DNA of 64,000 nucleotides from an uncultured Chloroflexota bacterium (GTDB taxonomy: Bacteria > Chloroflexota > Limnocylindria > Limnocylindrales > CSP1-4): contig CAMTVM010000030.1 of NCBI GenBank assembly GCA_947085195.1, positions 337 through 64,336 on the forward strand, written 5' to 3'. The notes under the pieces are model-generated. The model had not been told where the DNA came from. It saw only the letters and a list, made by a program, of their open reading frames with translations, and did not search any database. Positions 9,478-25,585 of the stretch are shown here, piece by piece (position 1 is the stretch's first letter; each line of letters begins with the position of its first letter). The translations under genes and the position numbers were made by a program.

Positions 9478-10353
9478 ATGCGCGACGACTCGATCGGCGG
9501 CCTTGGGTTCCCCGAGGCGCTGCGCTGGCGCGCGGGAGCGCTGTGGTTCTCCGACATGTTCCGCTCGCGCGTGCTGCGCTGGGTGCCGGGCTCGGCGGTC
9601 GAGGTCGTGCTCGACCAGGCGACCGGCGCCCCGACACAGCCCGGCGGGCTCGGCTGGCTCCCGGATGGGACGCTGCTCGTCGTCGACTGCCTCGAGCGGC
9701 GCGTGCTGTCCCTCGCGCCCGGTGCCTCGGCGCCGCAGGTGTACGCCGACCTCGCCCGCCAGATCGATCGGCCCGCCAACGACCTGCACGTGGACCCGGA
9801 CGGCACGGCCTGGGTGGGCAGCTACGGCTTCGGTCCCGGGTCGGAGGCGCCGCGCGCCGTGGCCCTCGTCCGGATCAGTGCCGACGGCTCGGTCGGCCGC
9901 AGCGAGCCATCCTTCGTGTTCCCGAACGGCATGGAGCGTGACCCCGGCGGCGCCCTGGTCGTCGCGGAGACCTTCGCCGACCGTGTGACGATCGTGCCGC
10001 CAGATGGGGGGGCCACGACGACCCTCCAGCTCGAGGCCGGCTCCGGGCCGGACGGCCTCTCGATCGGCGCCGACGGCACCATCCACGTGGCCCTCGCGTT
10101 CGCGGGGGCGGTCGTCGCCCTTCGCCCCGGCGACAGCGACGCCCGCGGCGGCTTCGCACGGCCACACGTCATCCACCGGCCCGAGCCGATCCCGACCGGA
10201 CCTGGCGCCGGTCCCGTCGGCGTCTACGACTGCGCGGTGACTCCGGACGGGCGCCGGATCGCCGTGGCCGTCGCGAGTGCCGACGAGGGCATCGCGATGC
10301 GCCACGACACGGGCAGGATCGACCTGGTCGACCTCGAGCGACCGCGGACATGA
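9478..10353 (+). CDS. SMP-30/gluconolactonase/LRE-like beta-propeller (sugar lactonase)
   Basis: PEALRWRAGALWFSDM..., ...PNGMERDPGG... and repeated propeller-like segments. The stop overlaps the next start. Confidence 0.7.
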   Translation: MRDDSIGGLGFPEALRWRAGALWFSDMFRSRVLRWVPGSAVEVVLDQATGAPTQPGGLGWLPDGTLLVVDCLERRVLSLAPGASAPQVYADLARQIDRPANDLHVDPDGTAWVGSYGFGPGSEAPRAVALVRISADGSVGRSEPSFVFPNGMERDPGGALVVAETFADRVTIVPPDGGATTTLQLEAGSGPDGLSIGADGTIHVALAFAGAVVALRPGDSDARGGFARPHVIHRPEPIPTGPGAGPVGVYDCAVTPDGRRIAVAVASADEGIAMRHDTGRIDLVDLERPRT

Positions 10354-12392
10354 GCGTGTCCCTGCGCGCCGATGACGGGGTCACCCTGTCCGTGGCCCTC
10401 GACGACGCGCTGCTCAGCGAAGGCCCCCTGCTGCTCGTCGAGGTGGACCGGCGGCCGTACAGCCGACTCGTCGATCCCGAGATCGTCTCGAGCGACTCGG
10501 GCGTCGCGGTCGAGGGGATGCTCGACGGCACCACCCTGCGCGCTCGCTGGACCGCGACGCGCGTCGTCGGCGACGTGTGGGAGTTCGGCCTCGAACTGCG
10601 GAATCGGGGCGATACTCCGTCGAGCGTCACCCGGATGGACCCGCTGTCCCTGGCGCTCGGCGGCGGGTACTGGCGGTCGCACTGGTATCGCTCCGCGTGG
10701 GGCGATGAGTTCCGCCCCGAGCAGGGGACGACCCGCCACGACACGGTCCTCGAGGTGCGCTCCGGGCGCTCCTCCCACGGCATGGTCCCGTGGCTCGGGC
10801 TGGAGCGCGAGCAGGCGGCGTCGGGAGGTGGCGGCGGCGCGCTGATCGTGTCGCCTGCATGGAGCGGCAACTGGCACATCCATGCCCTGGCCGGAGGTCA
10901 CGTGACGGCCGGGATATCGCCCTGGCAGTTCACGGTCGTGCTTGCGCCCGGCGAAGCGGTGACCGCGCCGAGCGTCGTCGTCGCGACCGCGGCCGATCTC
11001 GCGGCAGCCTCCCTCGCCCTCCAGGGCGCGGTGCGCGACGGCTGGCTGCCCCGCACCCCGTTCACCGATTCGGTGCCCGTCGAGTGGAACCACTGGTGGC
11101 CCTACGAGGACGCGGAGGTCACCGAGCAGGTCATCGAGGACAACGCCCGGGTCGCCCACGGGCTGGGCATCGAGATCGCCACGGTCGACGCCGGATGGTT
11201 CGGTGCCGCCGACGCGGCCAGCGACTGGCGGGAGCAGCGCGGTGACTGGGACCGGGTCAATACGGCGCGCTTCCCTTCCGGTCTTGCGGCCCTGGGGCAG
11301 GCGGTCCGCGATACGGGCATGCTGCCCGGGATCTGGATCGAGGCGGAGGCCGTGGGTTCAAGTGCCAGGCTGCGCGCCGACCGGCCCGAGCTGCTCGCCC
11401 GGACGCCGGTCGGTCGGCGCCCCGACCCGTCGTACCGGACGATGACGGTTTCGCTCGACCCTGACGATCCGACCTTTCTCGGCTACGTCTGCCTGGGCTC
11501 TGAAGCCGGGCGGACCCACGTGCTCGAATCGATGAGCCGCCTGATCGCCGAGACCGGCGCGCGCTGGATCAAGCTCGACTTCAACATCGATTCCGATGCC
11601 GGTTGCACGCGGACCGACCACGGGCACGGCGCGGGCGACGGCCTGCTCCGCCACTACCAGGGACTCTACGCGGTGCTCGACGAGGTCCGCCGTCAACACC
11701 CGGACCTCCTGCTCGAGTCGTGCTCCTCCGGCGGCCTGCGCATCGACCTCGGCCTTGCGCGACACGTGCACGCCTTCTTCCTCAGCGACCCGGACTACAC
11801 GGAGCACCACCTCGAGGTGCTGTGGGGAGCGAGCCGCATGCTGCCGCCGCTCGGCATCCTGCACTGGTCGTGGTCGCAATGGCGCGGCGACTACCTGCCG
11901 TCGCAGGTCGACTGGCGCACCATCGATGACGACGACTTCGACACGATGCTGCGGGCCGCGATGCTGCACCGCTTCGGGGTCAGCCTGCGCCTGCCGGATC
12001 TGCGGCCGTCGCTGCTGCGCCGGCTCGCCGCGCACGTCGCGATCTACCGGGAGCACCTCGCGCCGTTCGTCCGCTCGGGCGTCCTGCTCCCCCTCACCCC
12101 GCCACCGGAGCGGGGCGGCCTCGGCGAGCGCTCGCCGATTGCCCAGCTGATCGCGCCCGGTGCCGAGGGCGACGACCGCCACCTGGTCGCGGCCTTCGTG
12201 CTGCCCGGCGGGACGCGTCCCGATCGCCTGCGACCACGGCGGCTTGCGGCCGGCCGTTCGTACCGCGTGACCGACCTCGGGTCGGGGGCGTCCGGCACGG
12301 CCAGCGCTGCCGAGCTCGAGGAGGGCATCCCGCTCGCCGGCCACGCTGGACTGACGTCCTGGCTCGTCGCCATCGACCCCGTGGCCACCTGA
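10350..12392 (+). CDS. GH36-family alpha-galactosidase-like glycoside hydrolase
   Basis: WNHWWPY, ARWIKLDFNIDS and ESCSSGGLRIDLG motifs are characteristic of GH36/melibiase-type enzymes. Confidence 0.7.
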   Translation: MSVSLRADDGVTLSVALDDALLSEGPLLLVEVDRRPYSRLVDPEIVSSDSGVAVEGMLDGTTLRARWTATRVVGDVWEFGLELRNRGDTPSSVTRMDPLSLALGGGYWRSHWYRSAWGDEFRPEQGTTRHDTVLEVRSGRSSHGMVPWLGLEREQAASGGGGGALIVSPAWSGNWHIHALAGGHVTAGISPWQFTVVLAPGEAVTAPSVVVATAADLAAASLALQGAVRDGWLPRTPFTDSVPVEWNHWWPYEDAEVTEQVIEDNARVAHGLGIEIATVDAGWFGAADAASDWREQRGDWDRVNTARFPSGLAALGQAVRDTGMLPGIWIEAEAVGSSARLRADRPELLARTPVGRRPDPSYRTMTVSLDPDDPTFLGYVCLGSEAGRTHVLESMSRLIAETGARWIKLDFNIDSDAGCTRTDHGHGAGDGLLRHYQGLYAVLDEVRRQHPDLLLESCSSGGLRIDLGLARHVHAFFLSDPDYTEHHLEVLWGASRMLPPLGILHWSWSQWRGDYLPSQVDWRTIDDDDFDTMLRAAMLHRFGVSLRLPDLRPSLLRRLAAHVAIYREHLAPFVRSGVLLPLTPPPERGGLGERSPIAQLIAPGAEGDDRHLVAAFVLPGGTRPDRLRPRRLAAGRSYRVTDLGSGASGTASAAELEEGIPLAGHAGLTSWLVAIDPVAT

Positions 12393-12413
12393 CGCGCAGC
12401 GCGAAGGATCCGG

Positions 12414-19733
<7,320 letters not shown>

Positions 19734-19737
<4 letters not shown>

Positions 19738-20417
19738 CCGCGGGTCGCACGGCCGTCGTGACCGGCGGTGCCAGCGGGATCGGTGCGGCGGCGGCGGTGC
19801 GCTTGCGACGCGACGGTGTCCGCACCGTCACGCTGGATCGGGCGCCCGGCGCCGACTACCGCGTCGACGTGACGGACGAGGCGGCGCTCGCCGCGCTGGC
19901 CGGCGTGGTCGGGCCGGTCGACATCCTCGTGAACTCGGCCGGCATCGTGGGCCCCAACAAGCCGCTCCTCGAGACGACGACGGCCGAGTGGGAGCAGACG
20001 TTCGCCGTCAACGTCCTGGGAACGGTCGCCACGATGCGCGCCTTCATCCCGGGCATGGTCGAGCGCGGTTGGGGACGGGTCGTCAACCTCGCGAGCATGG
20101 CCGGCAAGGACGGCAACCCGAACCTGTCCGCCTACAGCGCGACGAAGGGCGCCGTGATCGCCCTCACGAAATCTGCCGGCAAGGAGCTGGCCACCACCGG
20201 CGTCCTCGTCAATGCCGTCGCCCCGGCGGTCATCGCGACGCCGCTCAACGACGCCACCACACCCGAGGTGCTCGCCCACATCACGAGCCTCATCCCGATG
20301 CGGCGGATCGGCCGTGCCGAGGAGGTCGCCGAGCTCATCGCCTGGCTGTGCTCCGACCAGGTCAGCTTCTCGACCGGCGCGGTCTACGACATCAGCGGTG
20401 GACGCGCGACGTACTGA
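19734..20417 (+). CDS. Short-chain dehydrogenase/reductase (SDR)
   Basis: VVTGGASGIGAAAA, NSAG and YSATKGA motifs. Confidence 0.85.
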
Positions 20418-20531
20418 GCGGGGCCGGCCTCCGGCCGCCTCGATGACCATCCAGTCACATGATTCAAGCCGCGATGAGCCCGGTGCGAGCCGGTGCGCCC
20501 ACAGCGCGGGGACGGAGACAGCGTGAACCTC

Positions 20532-21302
20532 ATGCGCCTTGAGACCGCCGACGTCGACCGGCGACCGGAGCTGGCCGTCCAGCTGTACACGGTCAGGGAT
20601 GCCCTCGCGGAGGATGCGGCGGCCACGCTGCGGCGGCTGGCCGAGCTGGGTCTCAGGACCGTCGAACCGTTCGACCTCGTCTCGGTTGCAGACCGGCTCC
20701 TCGCGCCGATGACCGAGCTCGGCCTGTCGGCCCCGACGAGCCACGTGTCGTTCATCGACGCCGACCTCGACGCGGCACTCGCCGCCGCCGACCGCCTCGG
20801 CGTGCGGACGATCATCGACCCCTACATCCCGGAGGTGCGCTGGACGACGCGCTCGGACGTCGCGGCGATCGCGGCCGCGCTCAACGATGCCGCTCGTCGC
20901 GCTGGTGACCGCGGCATCGCGGTCGGCTACCACAACCACTGGTGGGAGCTCGAGACGCGCATCGACGGCGCCGCCGCGCTCGAGATCCTGGCCGACCACC
21001 TCGACGACGCCGTCGTGCTCGAGCTCGACACGTACTGGTGTGCGGTCGGCGGTGCGGACCCGGTGGCGCTGCTCGGCCGCCTCGGTGAGCGGGTCGTGGC
21101 CCTGCACATCAAGGACGGCCCCATCTCGCGCGACATCGAGGCCCAGCAGCCGGCGGGCTCGGGCCGGATGCCGATCGCCGAGATCCTGGCCGCCGCACCC
21201 CGGGCCCGTCCGGTCCTAGAGTTCGACGCGTACGCCGGCGACCTGTTCGAGGGCATCGGCCAGGCCATCGCCTTCGTACGTCGGCACGGAGCCACCCTGT
21301 GA
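20532..21302 (+). CDS. Sugar phosphate isomerase/epimerase (xylose-isomerase-like TIM barrel)
   Basis: LAVQLYTVRD, GYHNHWWE, ELDTYW and HIKDG motifs. The start (20532 ATG or 20523 GTG) is uncertain. Confidence 0.75.
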   Translation: MRLETADVDRRPELAVQLYTVRDALAEDAAATLRRLAELGLRTVEPFDLVSVADRLLAPMTELGLSAPTSHVSFIDADLDAALAAADRLGVRTIIDPYIPEVRWTTRSDVAAIAAALNDAARRAGDRGIAVGYHNHWWELETRIDGAAALEILADHLDDAVVLELDTYWCAVGGADPVALLGRLGERVVALHIKDGPISRDIEAQQPAGSGRMPIAEILAAAPRARPVLEFDAYAGDLFEGIGQAIAFVRRHGATL

Positions 21303-22408
21303 CCGATCCCGCCGGTGTCGGCCTGATCGGCGCGGGCGTCATCAGCAACCAGTACCTGGAGAACCTCACCCGCGCCCTCGACGTGCGAGTCGTCATGGTG
21401 GCGGACCTCGATCCGGCGCGCGCCGCCGCCCAGGCCGCGGCCTACGGCGTCAAGGCGTCCGGTTCGCCCCGGGATCTGCTCGCGCGCGATGACATCGAGA
21501 TCGTCGTCAACCTCACCACGCCGACCGCGCACGTCCCCGTCTCGCTCGATGCGCTCGCGTCCGGCAAGCACGTGTGGAGCGAGAAGCCCCTGGCCCTCGA
21601 CCGTGCAAGTGGTACGCAGCTCATCGCGGAGGCGCACCGCGCAGGCCTGCGGGTGGCGTGCGCGCCCGACACCGTCCTCGGGGCCGGGATCCAGACCGGG
21701 CGCCGCCTCCTCGAGTCCGGCGCCATCGGCGAGCCCCTCACGGCCATGACGTTGTTCGAGGTCGCAGGCCCTGAGAGCTGGCATCCCAACCCGGACTTCC
21801 TGTACGCGCGCGGCGGCGGCCCGCTGTTCGACATGGGCCCCTACTACCTCTCGACGCTCGTCCAGCTGCTCGGCCCGGTGTCGGGGGTCGTCGCCCGGGC
21901 ATCGACCGCCCGCGCGAGCCGCCGCATCGGCTCCGGGCCGCGAGCCGGGGAGCGCTTCCCCGTGGAGGTGCCGACGCACGTCGGCGCGTTGATCGACTTC
22001 CGGCGCGGTACCAGCGCGCTCAGCACGTTCAGCTTCCAGTCCAGCCGGCCCCGGGCGGGGGTCGTGGAGATCACGGGCACCGAGGGAACGCTCGTGATGC
22101 CCGACCCGAACCTCTTTGACGGCACCCTGCGCATCTGGCGCGACGGCGCCGTCGACGAGTCGGGCGCCGAAGTGTATCCAGCTCTCGGCTCCACCTTTTC
22201 GCGCGGCGCCGGCGTCGTCGAGCTCGCCCGGGCCATCCGGGCAGGCCGGCCGGAGCGGGCCTCCGGCGAGTTCGCCTTCCACGTGCTCGACGTCATGGTG
22301 TCGATCACCGAGTCTGCCGAGCACGGCGAGCGCGTCCCGGTGCGGAGCACCCTCGACGTCCCGCCCGCGCTGCCCGAGGACTGGGATCCGATTGGGTCGA
22401 CCCTCTAG
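21299..22408 (+). CDS. Gfo/Idh/MocA family oxidoreductase
   Basis: VGLIGAGVISNQYL Rossmann N-terminus and EKPLA motif. The GTG start overlaps the upstream stop. Confidence 0.85.
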   Translation: MTDPAGVGLIGAGVISNQYLENLTRALDVRVVMVADLDPARAAAQAAAYGVKASGSPRDLLARDDIEIVVNLTTPTAHVPVSLDALASGKHVWSEKPLALDRASGTQLIAEAHRAGLRVACAPDTVLGAGIQTGRRLLESGAIGEPLTAMTLFEVAGPESWHPNPDFLYARGGGPLFDMGPYYLSTLVQLLGPVSGVVARASTARASRRIGSGPRAGERFPVEVPTHVGALIDFRRGTSALSTFSFQSSRPRAGVVEITGTEGTLVMPDPNLFDGTLRIWRDGAVDESGAEVYPALGSTFSRGAGVVELARAIRAGRPERASGEFAFHVLDVMVSITESAEHGERVPVRSTLDVPPALPEDWDPIGSTL

Positions 22409-22459
22409 CGCTCGGAGCCCGATACTTACGGGAATGTTGACGCCATCCCGGAGCTGATT

Positions 22460-23311
22460 GTGCGTTCGATCACGATCGTGGCACTGGTCGCGGCGGTCGT
22501 CGTTGCCGCGCTCTACGTCGCGCAGCGGAGGCTGATCTACTTCCCGGGATCGACAAGCCCAGACGCGGAGCTCCTGCCTGCCGGGTCCCAGGAGGTAGAG
22601 CTGCACACCGCTGACGGCCTGCGCCTGTCGGGCTGGTTCCTGCCGGCCAGCGGTCCACCGGGCCGGCCTGGCGCCGCGCCGACGCCTGGTCCGGCCGTCC
22701 TGATCTTCAATGGCAACGCCGGCGATCGCTCTCACCGGCTGCCGCTCGCCGAAGCGCTCACGGAGCGCGGATACGCCGTCCTTCTCTTCGACTACCGCGG
22801 CTACGCCGGCAACCCCGGTGACCCGAGCGAGGACGGCCTGCGCGCCGATGCTCGAGCCGCGGCAGAGGCGCTGGCGGCCCGACCGGAAGTTGATCCCGAG
22901 CGCATCGCCTACTTCGGCGAGTCGCTGGGGGCCGCTGTGGCCGGCGGCCTGGCGATGGAGCGGCCACCAGCTGCCCTCGTCCTGCGGTCGCCGCCGTCAT
23001 CCCTCGCCGAGGTGGGGCGCCACCACTACCCCTTCTTGCCGGTGTTCGACGCCCTCCTGCTCGACCGATATCCGCTGGCCGAGCAGCTGCGCGTGGTGCG
23101 CGTGCCGCTGCTCGTGCTGGTCACAGAGCGCGACGAGATCGTGCCGGCGGCGCTGAGCCGCCGGGTCTTCGACGCGGCGGCCGGGCCGAAACGGTACGTT
23201 CCGCTCTCCGCGGGCCACCACAACGACCCCGCGCTGTTGGCGGGCGAGGAGATGCTCGCGGTGGTCACATCGTTCCTGGACGAGTGGCTGGCCGGTGGAT
23301 CTGAGGACTGA
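22460..23311 (+). CDS. Alpha/beta hydrolase with N-terminal membrane anchor
   Basis: N-terminal TM helix. It has the nucleophile elbow GESLG, a late D (ERDEIVP) and an H (AGHHND). Confidence 0.75.
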   Translation: MRSITIVALVAAVVVAALYVAQRRLIYFPGSTSPDAELLPAGSQEVELHTADGLRLSGWFLPASGPPGRPGAAPTPGPAVLIFNGNAGDRSHRLPLAEALTERGYAVLLFDYRGYAGNPGDPSEDGLRADARAAAEALAARPEVDPERIAYFGESLGAAVAGGLAMERPPAALVLRSPPSSLAEVGRHHYPFLPVFDALLLDRYPLAEQLRVVRVPLLVLVTERDEIVPAALSRRVFDAAAGPKRYVPLSAGHHNDPALLAGEEMLAVVTSFLDEWLAGGSED

Positions 23312-23351
23312 GCCTGGCCGCGGATCGGCAGCAGGTGACCGCGGTCCGGAC

Positions 23352-24518
23352 CTACGTCGCGGCCCGGTGGCCGACGGCGAGCATGTAGACGACCGCCTCC
23401 TCGACCCCGTCGACCCCGAGCATCTCGTTCATCGCGTCGTCCATGAACGCCCCGATGGCGCAGGCGCCGAGTCCCATCTCCGTCGCCGCAAGGTAGGCGT
23501 TCTCGCCGACGTGGCCGGCCTCGAGCAGCCCGTACCGGTAGCTCCGGTCCTGGTATTTCGGTCGCATCCGCTGGAGGATCATCGTCACGAACAGGACCGC
23601 GCCGCATTGGCCGAGAAACTCCTGGCCCAGTCCCTGCTCGACGACCCGGCCGCGCATGTCCTCGGCCCGGACGAGCTCGAGGGCGTGCTCGCGGTAGGCG
23701 TAGTGGTAGACACCGCGCTCCATGCCGTCGACGTTGTGGACAACCGGATAGACCTCGATCGGGTAGAGGGCGCCCGATGACGGTGCCGTCCGGCGAGCGT
23801 TGCCGAACTTGTCGGAGCTGATCCCGCAGGTCAGGAACAGGAATCGGGATAGCTCGTCGAGGGTCATCGGCTGGCCTGAGTACGACCGCGTCGATCGGCG
23901 TGTCGCGATGGCCCGGGCGGCCGACAAGCCCCCCTCGAGTCGCGGCTGCGGAAGGGCGACGATGCGCGCTCCTGGGTAGGCCTTGTACAGCTCGACCGGC
24001 TGGCCCCAGTTGGCGACGCTGCCAAGGGCGTCGATCACCCCAGGCTTGCTCCACTGGTGGTAGATGACACCGACGTCCGATCCGGCCGGGATCGGCGGCG
24101 GCGGTCGCAGGCCGCGGCCGAGAACCAGTCCGCCCACGCCGCCGACCACCAGGCCGAGCAGGCCCCGCCGCGACAGCGTCGCGCGTCTCGGCAGATTGAG
24201 GGGCTTGACCGGTTCCGGGCCGCCACGCATCCCGGTCGCCGTCGGGCGGACGCTGGTCGCGGGCCTCGCGGGCGCGCTTGCTGCCGGGCGAGCCAACGCA
24301 CCGCGAAGCCTGAACTTCGCGTAGCCAACCAACCGGCCCCAGTTGAGCGCGACATGAAGGAAGGCGAAGCCGCCCATCACGTAGCCCGAGACCGTGTGGT
24401 ACCAGAAGTCGTTCAGGTCCCAAAGGTCGGCCACGATTCCGGTGATGCCGGTGGTCAGCCCGCTCAGGATGAGACCGGCGCTCGAGACGAAGTTGAGGTC
24501 GTGCCGTAGTCGCGTCAT
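23352..24518 (-). CDS. Membrane-anchored SagB/ThcOx-type (nitroreductase-fold) dehydrogenase with DUF4405-like N-terminal domain
   Basis: N-terminus: two TM helices with H-x13-H-x3-NW (WYHTVSGYVMGGFAFLHVALNW). Middle: a twin-arginine-like segment SRRGLLGLVVGG. C-terminus: RRSTRSY..., ...APSSGALYPIE..., ...YRYGLLEAGHVGEN... (SagB-type domain). Confidence 0.7.
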   Translation of the reverse strand: MTRLRHDLNFVSSAGLILSGLTTGITGIVADLWDLNDFWYHTVSGYVMGGFAFLHVALNWGRLVGYAKFRLRGALARPAASAPARPATSVRPTATGMRGGPEPVKPLNLPRRATLSRRGLLGLVVGGVGGLVLGRGLRPPPPIPAGSDVGVIYHQWSKPGVIDALGSVANWGQPVELYKAYPGARIVALPQPRLEGGLSAARAIATRRSTRSYSGQPMTLDELSRFLFLTCGISSDKFGNARRTAPSSGALYPIEVYPVVHNVDGMERGVYHYAYREHALELVRAEDMRGRVVEQGLGQEFLGQCGAVLFVTMILQRMRPKYQDRSYRYGLLEAGHVGENAYLAATEMGLGACAIGAFMDDAMNEMLGVDGVEEAVVYMLAVGHRAAT

Positions 24519-24659
24519 GGCCGTTCGTCCGCTTCGCTGTGGCGGGGACGCCGCGAACCTTCACCGCGGACCCGTCGCGCGTCCCGCAGGCCAAGTCTAG
24601 TCGCGAATCGGCGTCTGGTCTGGAGAACCCAAGCGGCGCGGCGACGGAATCAGCGTCCG

Positions 24660-24842
24660 GTGGCACGGGACAGGCTGGCCGCCTGCCCGATCCCCGATCC
24701 CACGTGGCGCGACTTCGGCGACTGGGGCGGGATCCGCGTGGATGCCCTCGTCTCGTGGGGCTTCCTCCGGCACTTCTCGTGGACGATCGACTTTGACCGT
24801 CGGCACTACCTCTTCGGAGAGGCACCCGGCCAACTGACCTGA
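24660..24842 (+). pseudogene. Possible C-terminal remnant of a retropepsin-like (clan AA) aspartyl protease gene
   Basis: The 60-aa ORF ends GGIRVDALVSWGFLRHFSWTIDFDRRHYLF, resembling the C-terminal strand region of bacterial Asp_protease_2 proteins. No DTG/DSG catalytic region lies upstream. Confidence 0.3.
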
Positions 24843-24899
24843 TCGCACCTCCTCGATGATGCAGGCGGCTCAAGACGGGTCGCCGTCGTGGTCCGCTGC

Positions 24900-24939
24900 G
24901 TAGTCACGCAATAGGCCAGATGGATGGAAAAGTGACTAC
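24900..24939. promoter_or_regulatory. Perfect 8-bp inverted repeat (GTAGTCAC-N24-GTGACTAC) abutting the TA start codon; candidate autoregulatory operator
   Basis: Read directly. The spacer is relatively AT-rich. The right arm ends 1 nt before the ATG at 24940. Confidence 0.4.
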
Positions 24940-25554
24940 ATGGACGTGGGTATCCGCGACCTCAAGGCACGGCTTTCAGAGCACCTCGAGCGTGTCGCCC
25001 GTGGTGAGGTGATCACGGTCACCAGCCGTGGCCGCCGCGTGGCGCAGATCGTGCCCGTCCTGGGACGGGACCGCCTGGATCGCGGCCTCGCCGAGGGCTG
25101 GGTCACGCGTCAGGTGGAGCGCCCTCCTGAGCCGATCCTCGACACGTCGGTGATCTACGCGCTGCTCGATGCGGCTGACCGCCGACACCGCCAGGCGCTC
25201 GAGTGGTACGACGCGCTCGATGAGGAGCTGGTCACGACGCCGCTCGTGCTCGCGGAGGCCGATCACCTGGCCGCGACGCGCGGCGGTCCCCGCGCGGTCC
25301 GGGCCTTCCGGGCCGACGTCGGCGCCGGCGCCTACCTCGTGGAATGGTGGCCGACCGCCGCCCGGGAAGCCGCCGAGCTGGCTGATCGGTATGCCGATCT
25401 CGGGATCGGCCTGACGGATGCGTCGCTGGTCGCCCTGGCCGCACGCGTTGGCTCGGCGGATGTCGCCACGTTCGACGAGCGGCACTTCCGGGCCGTCCGC
25501 CCGCTCGGCGCTGCGGATGCGTTCCGCCTCCTGCCGCTCGACGCCTCAGGGTGA
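24940..25554 (+). CDS. Single-ORF fusion of Phd/YefM-type antitoxin (VapB-like) and PIN-domain toxin (VapC)
   Basis: aa 1-40, MDVGIRDLKARLSEHLERVARGEVITVTSRGRRVAQIVPV, is an antitoxin fold motif. From aa ~66, ILDTSVIYALLD...LAEADH...LTDASLVALA...ATFDERHF gives the four PIN acidic residues. No stop separates them. An in-frame internal GTG lies at 25114. Confidence 0.75.
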   Translation: MDVGIRDLKARLSEHLERVARGEVITVTSRGRRVAQIVPVLGRDRLDRGLAEGWVTRQVERPPEPILDTSVIYALLDAADRRHRQALEWYDALDEELVTTPLVLAEADHLAATRGGPRAVRAFRADVGAGAYLVEWWPTAAREAAELADRYADLGIGLTDASLVALAARVGSADVATFDERHFRAVRPLGAADAFRLLPLDASG

Positions 25555-25585
25555 TGGGTAGTCAGGCCGAACCTTCATCGGTCCA

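Noticed and set aside
23352-24518. Interpreting the SagB-type gene as part of a thiazole/oxazole RiPP cluster.
   Set aside because: No YcaO/cyclodehydratase, precursor-peptide-like small ORF, or export or immunity genes lie within 10 kb. The gene is convergent with its downstream neighbour, with only a gene remnant and the divergently oriented TA module upstream, so it is effectively monocistronic.
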